64,000 nucleotides of DNA from the NCBI GenBank assembly GCA_964016885.1, contig OZ024742.1, positions 168,330,001 through 168,394,000 on the forward strand, given 5' to 3'. Shown one piece after another: positions 52,647 to 64,000 of this stretch. This DNA comes from Eledone cirrhosa (taxonomy: Eukaryota). The number at the start of each line of letters is the position of its first letter. The stretch's first letter is position 1. The notes under the pieces were generated by a model, which worked only from the letters and a program-made list of their open reading frames with translations, ran no database searches and had not been told where the DNA came from. Position numbers and translations under genes: made by a program.

Positions 52647-55347
52647 AAAAAATCCATTAAAAAAAATCCATTAAAAAAAAATTCAATCAAAAACCCATAA
52701 AAGAAACATTAAAACAGCATTTAAAAAACCCATTAAAAATTCATTAAAAAAATCCATTTAAAAAATCCATTAAAAATCCATTAAAAATCCATTAAAAATC
52801 CATTAAAAATCCATTAAAAATAATCCATTAAAAAAAATTCAATCAAAAACCCATAAAAGAAACATTAAAACAGCATTTAAAAAATCCATTAAAAAAAATC
52901 CATTTAAAAAAATCCATTAAAAAAGCCATTAAAAATCCATTAAAAATCCATTAAAAAAAAATCCATTAAAAAAAATCCATTAAAAATCCATTAAAAAAAT
53001 CCATTTAAAAAAATCCATTAAAAAATCCATTAAAAATCCATTAAAAATCAATTAAAAAATCCATTTAAAAAACCCATTAAAAAAATCCATTTAAAAAATC
53101 CATTTAAAAAATCCATTAAAAAAAATCCATTTAAAAAAACCCATTAAAAAAAATCCATTAAGAAAATCCATTTAAAAAATCCATTAAAAAAAATCCATTA
53201 AAAAAAATCCATAAAAAAAAATCCATTAAAAAAAATCCATTAAAAAAAAATCCGTTAAAAAAAATCCATTAAAAAAAAATCCGTTAAAAAAATCCATTAA
53301 AAGCTCAATCCCATTAAAAACGCCATAAAAATCATTAAAATCCAATTAAAGATACATTAAAGGCCCATTAAAAACGCCATAAAAAATCCATTAAAAAAAT
53401 CCATTAAAAAAACTCAATCAAAAACCCATAAAAGAAACATTAAAACAGCATTTAAAAAATCCATTAAAAATCCATTAAAAAAATCCATTTAATAAAATCC
53501 ATTAAAAAATCCATTAAAAATCCATTAAAAATCCATTAAAAATCCATTAAAAATCCATTAAAAATCCATTAAAAAACCCATTTAAAAAAATCCATTAAAA
53601 AAATCCATTAAAAAAATCCATTAAAAAAAGCCATTAAAAAAATCCATTTAAAAAAAGCCATTAAAAAAATCCATTAAAAAAAAATCCATTAAAAATCCAT
53701 TAAAAAAATCCATTTAAAAAAATCCATTAAAAACCCATTAAAAATCCATTAAAAAATCCATTAAAAAACCCATTAAAAAAAATCCATTAGAAAAATCCAT
53801 TTAAAAAATCCATTAAAAAAAAATCCATTTAAAAAACCCATTAAAAAAAATCCATTAAAAAAATCCATTTAAAAAATCCATTTAAAAAATCCATTAAAAA
53901 AATCCATTTAAAAAATCCATAAAAAAAAACCATTAAAAAAAATCCATTAAAAAAAAATCCATTAAAAAAAATCCATTAAAAAAAATCCATTAAAAATCCA
54001 TTAAAAAAAATCCATTTAAAAAAAATTCATTAAAAAATCCATTAAAAATCCATTAAAAATCCATTTAAAAAAATCCATTTAAAAAATCCATTTAAAAAAC
54101 CCATTACAAAAAATACATTAAAAAAAATCCATAAAAAAAAAAGCCATTAAAAAAAATCCATTAAAAAAAATCTATTAAAAATCCATTAAAAATCCATTAA
54201 AAATCCATTAAAAATCCATTAAAAATCCATTAAAAATCCATTAAAAAGCCATTAAAAATCCATTAAAATCCATTAAAAATCCATTAAAAATCCATTAAAA
54301 ATCCATTAAAAATCTATTAAAAAATCCATTTAAAAAAATCCATTAAAAAATCCATTAAAAAATCCATTTAAAAAATCCATTAAAAAAATCCATTAAAAAA
54401 AAATCCATTAAAAAAAAAATCCATTAAAAAAAATCAATTTAAAAAAATCCATTAAAAATCCATTAAAAAAATCCATTTAAAAAAATCCATTAAAAACCCA
54501 TTAAAAACCCATTAAAAATCCATTAAAAATCCATTTAAAAAACCCATTAAAAAAAATCCATTAAAAAAAATCCATTTAAAAAATCCATTTAAAAAAATCC
54601 ATTAAAAAAACCCATTAAAAAAATCCATTAAAAAAATCCATTTAAAAAATCCATTAAAAAAAATTCATTAAAAAAAAATCCATAAAAAAATCCATTAAAA
54701 AAATCCATTTAAAAAAATCCATTAAAAAAAATCCATTAAAAATCCATTAAAAAAATCCATTAAAAAAAATCCATTAAAAAATCCATTAAAAAACCCATTA
54801 AAAATCCATTAAAAATCCATTAAAAATCCATTAAAAATCCATTTAAAAAACCCATTAAAAAAATCCATTTAAAAAACCCATTAAAAAAAGCCATTAAAAA
54901 ATCCATTTAAAAAATCCATTAAAAAAAATCCATTTAAAACAACCCATTAAAAAAATCCATTAAAAAAAACCCATTAAAAAAAATCCATTAAAAAAATCCA
55001 TTTAAAAAATCCATTAAAAAAAATCCATTTAAAAAAATCCATAAAAAAATCCATTAAAAAAATCCATTAAAAATCCATTAAAAAAAATCCATTTAAAAAA
55101 GCCATTAAAAAATCCATTAAAAATCCATTAAAAATCCATTTAAAAAACCCATTAAAAAATCCATTAAAAAAATCCATTTAAAAAATCCATTAAAAAAAAT
55201 CCATTTAAAAAAACTCATTTAAAAAAATCCATTAAAAAAATCCATTTAAAAAATCCATTAAAAAAAATCCATTAAAAAAATCCATTAAAAAAATCCATTA
55301 AAAAAAATCCATTAAAAAAAAATCCGTTAAAAAAAATCCATTAAAAA

Positions 55348-55545
55348 CTCAATCAAAAACCCAATTAAAAGGCCATAAAAGAAACATTAAAACAGCATTT
55401 AAAATACCATTAAAAACGCCATAAAAAATCATTAAAATTGTTTTTTATGAAATTTATAATATGGCTTTTAATGAATTTTTTAATGGGCTTTTAGAATCAT
55501 TAAAATCCCATTAAAAATACATTAAAGGCCCATTAAAAACGCCAT
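55348..55545. repeat. Cassette copy 24 (T type)
   Basis: Island starts at 55439. Confidence 0.95.
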
Positions 55546-58438
55546 AAAAAATCCATTAAAAAAATCCATTAAAAAAAAACTCAATCAAAAACACATAAAA
55601 GAAACATTAAAACAGCATTTAAAAAATCCATTAAAAATCCATTAAAAAAAAATCCATTAAAAAAATCCATTAAAAATCCATTAAAAAAATCCATTTAAAA
55701 AAATCCATTAAAAAATCCATTAAAAACCCATTAAAAATCCATTAAAAATCCATTAAAAAATCCATTTAAAAAACCCATTAAAAAAATCCATTAAAAAATC
55801 CATTTAAAAATCCATTAAAAAAAATCCATTTAAAAAAACCCATTAAAAAAAATCCATTAAAAAAATCCATTTAAAAAATCCATAAAAAAAAATCCATAAA
55901 AAAAATCCATTAAAAAAAATCCATTAAAAAAAAAATCCGTTAAAAAAATCCATTAAAAATCCATTAAAAATCCATTAAAAATCCATTAAAAATCCATTAA
56001 AAATCCATTAAAAATCCATTTAAAAAAATCCATTAAAAAAAAATCCATTAAAAAAAATCCATTAAAAAAAATCAATTTAAAAAAATCCATTAAAAATCCA
56101 TTAAAAAAATCCATTAAAAAAAATCCATTAAAAACCCATTAAAAATCCATTAAAAATCCATTTAAAAATCCAGTAAAAAAAATCCATTTAAAAAACCCAT
56201 TAAAAAAATCCATTAAAAAATCCATTTAAAAATCCAGTAAAAAAAATCCATTTAAAAAAACCCATTAAAAAAAATCCATTAAAAAAATCCATTTAAAAAA
56301 TCCATAAAAAAAAATCCATAAAAAAAAATCCATTAAAAAAAAATCCGTTAAAAAAAATCCATTAAAAAAAAATCCGTTAAAAAAATCCATTAAAAGCTCA
56401 ATCCCATTAAAAACGCCATAAAAATCATTAAAATCCAATTAAAGGTACATTAAAGGCCCATTAAAAACGCCATAAAAAATCCATTAAAAAAATCCATTAA
56501 AAAAACTCAATCAAAAACCCATAAAAGAAACATTAAAACAGCATTTAAAAAATCCATTAAAAATCCATTAAAAAAATCCATTTAATAAAATCCATTAAAA
56601 AATCCATTAAAAATCCATTAAAAATCCATTAAAAATCCATTAAAAATCCATTAAAAATCCATTAAAAACCCATTTAAAAAAAGCCATTAAAAAAATCCAT
56701 TAAAAAAATCCATTAAAAAAAGCCATTAAAAAAATCCATTTAAAAAAAGCCATTAAAAAAATCCATTAAAAAAAAATCCATTAAAAATCCATTAAAAAAA
56801 TCCATTTAAAAAAATCCATTAAAAACCCATTAAAAATCCATTAAAAAAACCATTAAAAAACCCATTAAAAAAAATCCATTAGAAAAATCCATTTAAAAAA
56901 TCCATTAAAAAAAAATCCATTTAAAAAACCCATTAAAAAAAATCCATTATAAAAATCCATTTAAAAAATCCATTTAAAAAATCCATTAAAAAAATCCATT
57001 TAAAAAATCCATAAAAAAAAACCATTAAAAAAAATCCATTAAAAAAAAATCCATTAAAAAAAATCCATTAAAAAAAATCCATTAAAAATCCATTAAAAAA
57101 AATCCATTTAAAAAAAATTCATTAAAAAATCCATTAAAAATCCATTAAAAATCCATTTAAAAAAATCCATTTAAAAAATCCATTTAAAAAACCCATTACA
57201 AAAAATACATTAAAAAAAATCCATAAAAAAAAAGCCATTAAAAAAAATCCATTAAAAAAAATCTATTAAAAATCCATTAAAAATCCATTAAAAATCCATT
57301 AAAAATCCATTAAAAATCCATTAAAAATCCATTAAAAAGCCATTAAAAATCCATTAAAATCCATTAAAAATCCATTAAAAATCCATTAAAAATCCATTAA
57401 AAATCCATTAAAAAATCCATTTAAAAAAATCCATTAAAAAATCCATTAAAAAATCCATTTAAAAAATCCATTAAAAAAATCCATTAAAAAAAAATCCATT
57501 AAAAAAAAAATCCATTAAAAAAAATCAATTTAAAAAAATCCATTAAAAATCCATTAAAAAAATCCATTTAAAAAAATCCTTTAAAAACCCATTAAAAACC
57601 CATTAAAAATCCATTAAAAATCCATTTAAAAAACCCATTAAAAAAAATCCATTAAAAAAAATCCATTTAAAAAATCCATTTAAAAAAATCCATTAAAAAA
57701 ACCCATTAAAAAAATCCATTAAAAAAATCCATTTAAAAAATCCATTAAAAAAAATTCATTAAAAAAAAATCCATAAAAAAATCCATTAAAAAAATCCATT
57801 TAAAAAAATCCATTAAAAAAAATCCATTAAAAATCCATTAAAAAAATCCATTAAAAAAAATCCATTAAAAAATCCATTAAAAAACCCATTAAAAATCCAT
57901 TAAAAATCCATTAAAAATCCATTAAAAATCCATTTAAAAAACCCATTAAAAAAATCCATTTAAAAAACCCATTAAAAAAAGCCATTAAAAAATCCATTTA
58001 AAAAATCCATTAAAAAAAATCCATTTAAAACAACCCATTAAAAAAATCCATTAAAAAAAACCCATTAAAAAAAATCCATTAAAAAAATCCATTTAAAAAA
58101 TCCATTAAAAAAAATCCATTAAAAAAAATCCATAAAAAAATCCATTAAAAAAATCCATTAAAAATCCATTAAAAAAAATCCATTTAAAAAAGCCATTAAA
58201 AAATCCATTAAAAATCCATTAAAAATCCATTTAAAAAACCCATTAAAAAATCCATTAAAAAAATCCATTTAAAAAATCCATTAAAAAAAATCCATTTAAA
58301 AAAACTCATTTAAAAAAATCCATTAAAAAAATCCATTTAAAAAATCCATTAAAAAAAATCCATTAAAAAAATCCATTAAAAAAATCCATTAAAAAAAATC
58401 CATTAAAAAAAAATCCGTTAAAAAAAATCCATTAAAAA

Positions 58439-58636
58439 CTCAATCAAAAACCCAATTAAAAGGCCATAAAAGAAACATTAAAACAGCATTTAAAATACCA
58501 TTAAAAACGCCATAAAAAATCATTAAAATTGTTTTTTATGAAATTTATAATATGGCTTTTAATGAATTTTTTAATGGGCTTTTAGAATCATTAAAATCCC
58601 ATTAAAAATACATTAAAGGCCCATTAAAAACGCCAT
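58439..58636. repeat. Cassette copy 25 (T type)
   Basis: Island starts at 58530. Confidence 0.95.
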
Positions 58637-59932
58637 AAAAAATCCATTAAAAAAATCCATTAAAAAAAAACTCAATCAAAAACACATAAAAGAAACATTA
58701 AAACAGCATTTAAAAAATCCATTAAAAATCCATTAAAAAAAAATCCATTAAAAAAATCCATTAAAAATCCATTAAAAAAATCCATTTAAAAAAATCCATT
58801 AAAAAATCCATTAAAAACCCATTAAAAATCCATTAAAAATCCATTAAAAATCCATTAAAAAATCCATTTAAAAAACCCATTAAAAAAATCCATTAAAAAA
58901 TCCATTTAAAAATCCATTAAAAAAAATCCATTTAAAAAAACCCATTAAAAAAAATCCATTAAAAAAATCCATTTAAAAAATCCATAAAAAAAAATCCATA
59001 AAAAAAATCCATTAAAAAAAATCCATTAAAAAAAAAATCCGTTAAAAAAAATCCATTAAAAATCCATTAAAAATCCATTAAAAATCCATTAAAAATCCAT
59101 TAAAAATCCATTAAAAATCCATTTAAAAAAATCCATTAAAAAAATCCATTAAAAAAATCCATTTAAAAAATCCATTAAAAAAAATCCATTAAAAAAAAAT
59201 CCATTAAAAAAAATCCATAAAAAAAAATCAATTTAAAAAAATCCATTAAAAATCCATTAAAAAAATCCATTAAAAAAAATCCATTAAAAACCCATTAAAA
59301 ATCCATTAAAAATCCATTAAAAAATCCATTTAAAAAAACCATTAAAAAAAATCCATTAAAAAAATCCATTTAAAAAATCCATTAAAAAAAAATCCATTAA
59401 AAAAATCCATTTAAAAAATCCATTAAAAAAAATCCATTAAAAAAAACTCAATCAAAAACCCATAAAAGAAACATTAAAACAGCATTTAAAAAATCCATTA
59501 AAAATCCATTAAAAGAATCCATTTAAAAAATCCATTAAAAAATCCATTAAAAATCCATTAAAAATCCATTAAAAAATCCATTTAAAAAAATCCATTAAAA
59601 AAATCCTTTAAAAAATCCATTAAAAAATCCATTTAAAAAATCCATTAAAAAAAATCCATTAAAAAAAACCATTAAAAAATCCATTAAAAAAATCCCATTA
59701 AAAATACATTAAAAATCCATTAAAAATCCATTAAAAAATCCATTAAAAATCCATTAAAAATCCATTAAAAATCCATTAAAAAATCCATTAAAAAAAATCC
59801 ATTAAAAAAATCCATTAAAAAATCCATTTAAAAAATCCATTTAAAAAAATCCATTAAAAAAAATCCATTAAAAAAAATCCATTAAAAAAAATCCATTAAA
59901 AAAAAAATCCGTTAAAAAAAATCCATTAAAAA

Positions 59933-60130
59933 CTCAATCAAACACCCAATTAAAAGGCCATAAAAGAAACATTAAAACAGCATTTAAAATACCATTAAAA
60001 ACGCCATAAAAAATCATTAAAATTGTTTTTTATGAAATTAATAATATGGCTTTTAATGAACTTTTTAATGGGCTTTTAGAATCATTAAAATCCCATTAAA
60101 AATACATTAAAGGCCCATTAAAAACGCCAT
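59933..60130. repeat. Cassette copy 26 (C type, GAAATTAATAAT variant)
   Basis: Island starts at 60024. Confidence 0.95.
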
Positions 60131-63100
60131 AAAAAATCCATTAAAAAAAATCCATTAAAAAAAAATTCAATCAAAAACCCATAAAAGAAACATTAAAACA
60201 GCATTTAAAAAACCCATTAAAAATTCATTAAAAAAATCCATTTAAAAAATCCATTAAAAATCCATTAAAAATCCATTAAAAATCCATTAAAAATCCATTA
60301 AAAACCCATTAAAAATAATCCATTAAAAAAAAATTCAATCAAAAACCCATAAAAGAAACATTAAAACAGCATTTAAAAAATCCATTAAAAAAATCCATTT
60401 AAAAAAATCCATTAAAAAAGCCATTAAAAATCCATTAAAAATCCATTAAAAAAATCCATTAAAAAAAAATCCATTAAAAAAAATCCATTAAAAAAATCCA
60501 TTTAAAAAAATCCATTAAAAATCCATTAAAAACCCATTAAAAATCCATTAAAAATCCATTAAAAATCCATTAAAAAATCCATTTAAAAAACCCATTAAAA
60601 AAATCCATTTAAAAATCCAGTAAAAAAAATCCATTTAAAAAAACCCATTAAAAAAAATCCATTAAAAAAATCCATTTAAAAAATCCATAAAAAAAAATCC
60701 ATAAAAAAAATCCATTAAAAAAAATCCATTAAAAAAAAAATCCGTTAAAAAAAATCCATTAAAAATCCATTAAAAATCCATTAAAAATCCATTAAAAATC
60801 CATTAAAAATCCATTTAAAAAAATCCATTAAAAAAATCCATTAAAAAAATCCATTTAAAAAATCCATTAAAAAAAATCCATTAAAAAAAAATCCATTAAA
60901 AAAAATCCATTAAAAAAAATCAATTTAAAAAAATCCATTAAAAATCCATTAAAAAAATCCATTTAAAAAAATCCATTAAAAACCCATTAAAAATCCATTA
61001 AAAATCCATTAAAAAATCCATTTAAAAAAACCATTAAAAAAAATCCATTAAAAAAATCCATTTAAAAAATCCATTAAAAAAAAATCCATTAAAAAAAACC
61101 CATTAAAAAAAATCCATTAAAAAAATCCATTTAAAAAATCCATTAAAAAAAATCCATTAAAAAAAACTCAATCAAAAACCCATAAAAGAAACATTAAAAC
61201 AGCATTTAAAAAATCCATTAAAAATCCATTAAAAAAATCCATTTAAAAAATCCATTAAAAAATCCATTAAAAATCCATTAAAAATCCATTAAAAAATCCA
61301 TTTAAAAAAATCCATTAAAAAAATCCATTTAAAAAATCCATTAAAAAATCCATTTAAAAAATCCATTAAAAAAAATCCATTAAAAAAAAACCATTAAAAA
61401 ATCCATTAAAAAAAATCCCATTAAAAATACATTAAAGGCCCATTAAAAACGCCATAAAAAATCCATTAAAAAAATCCATTAAAAAAAAACTCAATCAAAA
61501 ACCCATAAAAGAAACATTAAAACAGCATTTAAAAAATCCATTAAAAAAATCCATTAAAAAAAATCCATTAAAAAATCCATTAAAAATCCATTAAAAATCC
61601 ATTAAAAATCCATTAAAAATCCATTAAAAAATCCATTAAAAATCCATTAAAAATCCATTAAAAAATCCATTTAAAAAAATCCATTAAAAAAATCCATTAA
61701 AAAATCCATTTAAAAATTCCATTTAAAAAAATCCATTAAAAAAAATCCATTAAAAAAAAATCCATTAAAAAAAATCCATTAAAAAAAAAATCCGTTAAAA
61801 AAAATCCATTAAAAACTCAATCAAACACCCAATTAAAAGGCCATAAAAGAAACATTAAAACAGCATTTAAAATACCATTAAAAACGCCATAAAAATCATT
61901 AAAATCCAATTAAAGATACATTAAAGGCCCATTAAAAACGCCATAAAAAATCCATTAAAAATATCCATTAAAAAAACTCAATCAAAAACCCATAAAAGAA
62001 ACATTAAAACAGCATTTAAAAAATCCATTAAAAAAATCCATTTAATAAAATCCATTAAAAATCCATTAAAAATCCATTAAAAATCCATTAAAAATCCATT
62101 AAAAATCCATTAAAAATCCATTAAAAAACCCATTTAAAAAAAATCCATTAAAAAAATCCATTAAAAAAATCCATTAAAAAAAGCCATTAAAAAAATCCAT
62201 TTAAAAAAAGCCATTAAAAAAATCCATTAAAAAAAAATCCATTAAAAATCCATTAAAAAAATCCATTTAAAAAAATCCATTAAAAACCCATTAAAAATCC
62301 ATTAAAAAATCCATTAAAAAACCCATTAAAAAAAATCCATTAGAAAAATCCATTTAAAAAATCCATTAAAAAAAAATCCATTTAAAAAACCCATTAAAAA
62401 AAATCCATAAAAAAAATCCATTTAAAAAATCCATTTAAAAAATCCATTAAAAAAATCCATTTAAAAAATCCATAAAAAAAAACCATTAAAAAAAATCCAT
62501 TAAAAAAAAATCCATTAAAAAAAATCCATTAAAAATCCATTAAAAAAAATCCATTTAAAAAAAATTCATTAAAAAATCCATTAAAAATCCATTAAAAATC
62601 CATTTAAAAAAATCCATTTAAAAAATCCATTTAAAAAACCCATTACAAAAAATACATTAAAAAAAATCCATAAAAAAAAAAGCCATTAAAAAAAATCCAT
62701 TAAAAAAAATCTATTAAAAATCCATTAAAAATCCATTAAAAATCCATTAAAAATCCATTAAAAATCCATTAAAAAGCCATTAAAAATCCATTAAAATCCA
62801 TTAAAAATCCATTAAAAATCCATTAAAAATCCATTAAAAATCCATTAAAAAATCCATTTAAAAAAATCCATTAAAAAATCCATTAAAAAATCCATTTAAA
62901 AAATCCATTAAAAAAATCCATTAAAAAAAAATCCATTAAAAAAAAAATCCATTAAAAAAAATCAATTTAAAAAAATCCATTAAAAATCCATTAAAAAAAT
63001 CCATTTAAAAAAATCCATTAAAAACCCATTAAAAACCCATTAAAAATCCATTAAAAATCCATTTAAAAAACCCATTAAAAAAAATCCATTAAAAAAAATC

Positions 63101-63771
63101 CATTTAAAAAATCCATTAAAAAAAATCCATTAAAAAAACCCATTAAAAAAATCCATTAAAAAAATCCATTTAAAAAATCCATTAAAAAAAATTCATTAAA
63201 AAAAATCCATAAAAAAATCCATTAAAAAAATCCATTTAAAAAAATCCATTAAAAAAAATCCATTAAAAATCCATTAAAAAAATCCATTAAAAAAAATCCA
63301 TTAAAAAATCCATTAAAAAACCCATTAAAAATCCATTAAAAATCCATTAAAAATCCATTAAAAAATCCATTTAAAAAACCCATTAAAAAAATCCATTTAA
63401 AAAACCCATTAAAAAAAGCCATTAAAAAATCCATTTAAAAAATCCATTAAAAAAAATCCATTTAAAACAACCCATTAAAAAAAATCCATTAAAAAAAACC
63501 CATTAAAAAAAATCCATTTAAAAAAGCCATTAAAAAATCCATTAAAAATCCATTAAAAATCCATTTAAAAAACCCATTAAAAAATCCATTAAAAAAATCC
63601 ATTTAAAAAATCCATTAAAAAAAATCCATTTAAAAAAACCCATTAAAAAAATCCATTAAAAAAATCCATTTAAAAAATCCATTAAAAAAAATCCATTAAA
63701 AAAATCCATAAAAAAAATCCATTAAAAAAAATCCATTAAAAAAAAATCCGTTAAAAAAAATCCATTAAAAA

Positions 63772-63969
63772 CTCAATCAAAAACCCAATTAAAAGGCCAT
63801 AAAAGAAACATTAAAACAGCATTTAAAATACCATTAAAAACGCCATAAAAAATCATTAAAATTGTTTTTTATGAAATTTATAATATGGCTTTTAATGAAT
63901 TTTTTAATGGGCTTTTAGAATCATTAAAATCCCATTAAAAATACATTAAAGGCCCATTAAAAACGCCAT
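63772..63969. repeat. Cassette copy 27 (T type)
   Basis: Island starts at 63863. Confidence 0.95.
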
Positions 63970-64000
63970 AAAAAATCCATTAAAAAAATCCATTAAAAAA

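Larger units (their letters stand above)
44449..63585 (+). repeat. Near-identical direct copy of 1-~19460 (offset 44.1-44.4 kb)
   Basis: Island offsets are 44448 (x2), 44122 (x2) and 44111 (x4). Private variants are shared at 6297/50419, 7478/51600 and 12334/56445. Confidence 0.9.
1..64000. repeat. Satellite DNA array of TCCATT(T)A5-10 monomers (about 11-16 bp), running off both ends of the window
   Basis: Every line consists of ATCCATT or close variants (ACCCATT, AGCCATT, ATCCGTT, ATCCATA, ATTCATT, ATCAATT, ATACATT) separated by A-runs. No unique sequence was seen anywhere. Confidence 0.99.

Noticed and set aside
920-63969. CRISPR-like repeat/spacer array formed by cassettes or 41-bp modules
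   Set aside because: Intervening sequences are satellite monomers of very variable length rather than unique 30-40 bp spacers. No cas genes or leader are present.
1-64000. Protein-coding ORFs
   Set aside because: TTAA in nearly every monomer gives TAA on both strands, and variable monomer length spreads stops over all frames. Under a TAA-reassigned (ciliate-type) code frames would be open, but A-run indels ignore triplet phase, so there is no sign of coding constraint.
1-64000. Telomerase-made irregular telomeric repeat (T5-10AATGGA)
   Set aside because: Variant order is copied in multi-kb blocks and includes an inverted island, which indicates recombinational amplification. It matches no telomere motif I can vouch for. 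A subtelomeric or telomerase-independent terminal array cannot be excluded without chromosome position.
1-64000. Human satellite II/III (CATTC)n
   Set aside because: Only the TCCATT hexamer is shared. HSat2/3 lack the intervening A-tracts.
1-64000. Pure sequencing or homopolymer artefact
   Set aside because: A-run lengths and rare substitutions are reproduced between distant copies and form a nested hierarchy. Copy number of the large blocks could still be mis-assembled.

Overview
The whole 64 kb is one uninterrupted, very AT-rich, strand-asymmetric satellite array (G is almost absent from the + strand). I find no protein-coding gene, RNA gene, CRISPR array or autonomous mobile element. The base monomer is TCCATT(T)+A5-10 (about 11-16 bp, shortest common form AAAAATCCATT). 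It is punctuated by a ~41-bp diverged module and by a ~198-bp cassette. I counted 27 complete cassettes by eye. Each holds a 56-bp island of reverse-orientation monomers flanked by a 12-bp direct repeat (AATCATTAAAAT). Empty-site alleles with a single 12-mer and no island occur in the same array. Rare diagnostic variants show nested higher-order duplications at about 0.33, 3.1, 4.4, 8.0, 12.5, 13.1-13.4 and 44.1 kb. The organism cannot be identified from this sequence. Eukaryotic heterochromatic, (peri)centromeric or subtelomeric satellite is the most plausible context (inference). All coordinates and counts were read manually and may be off by a few bases.
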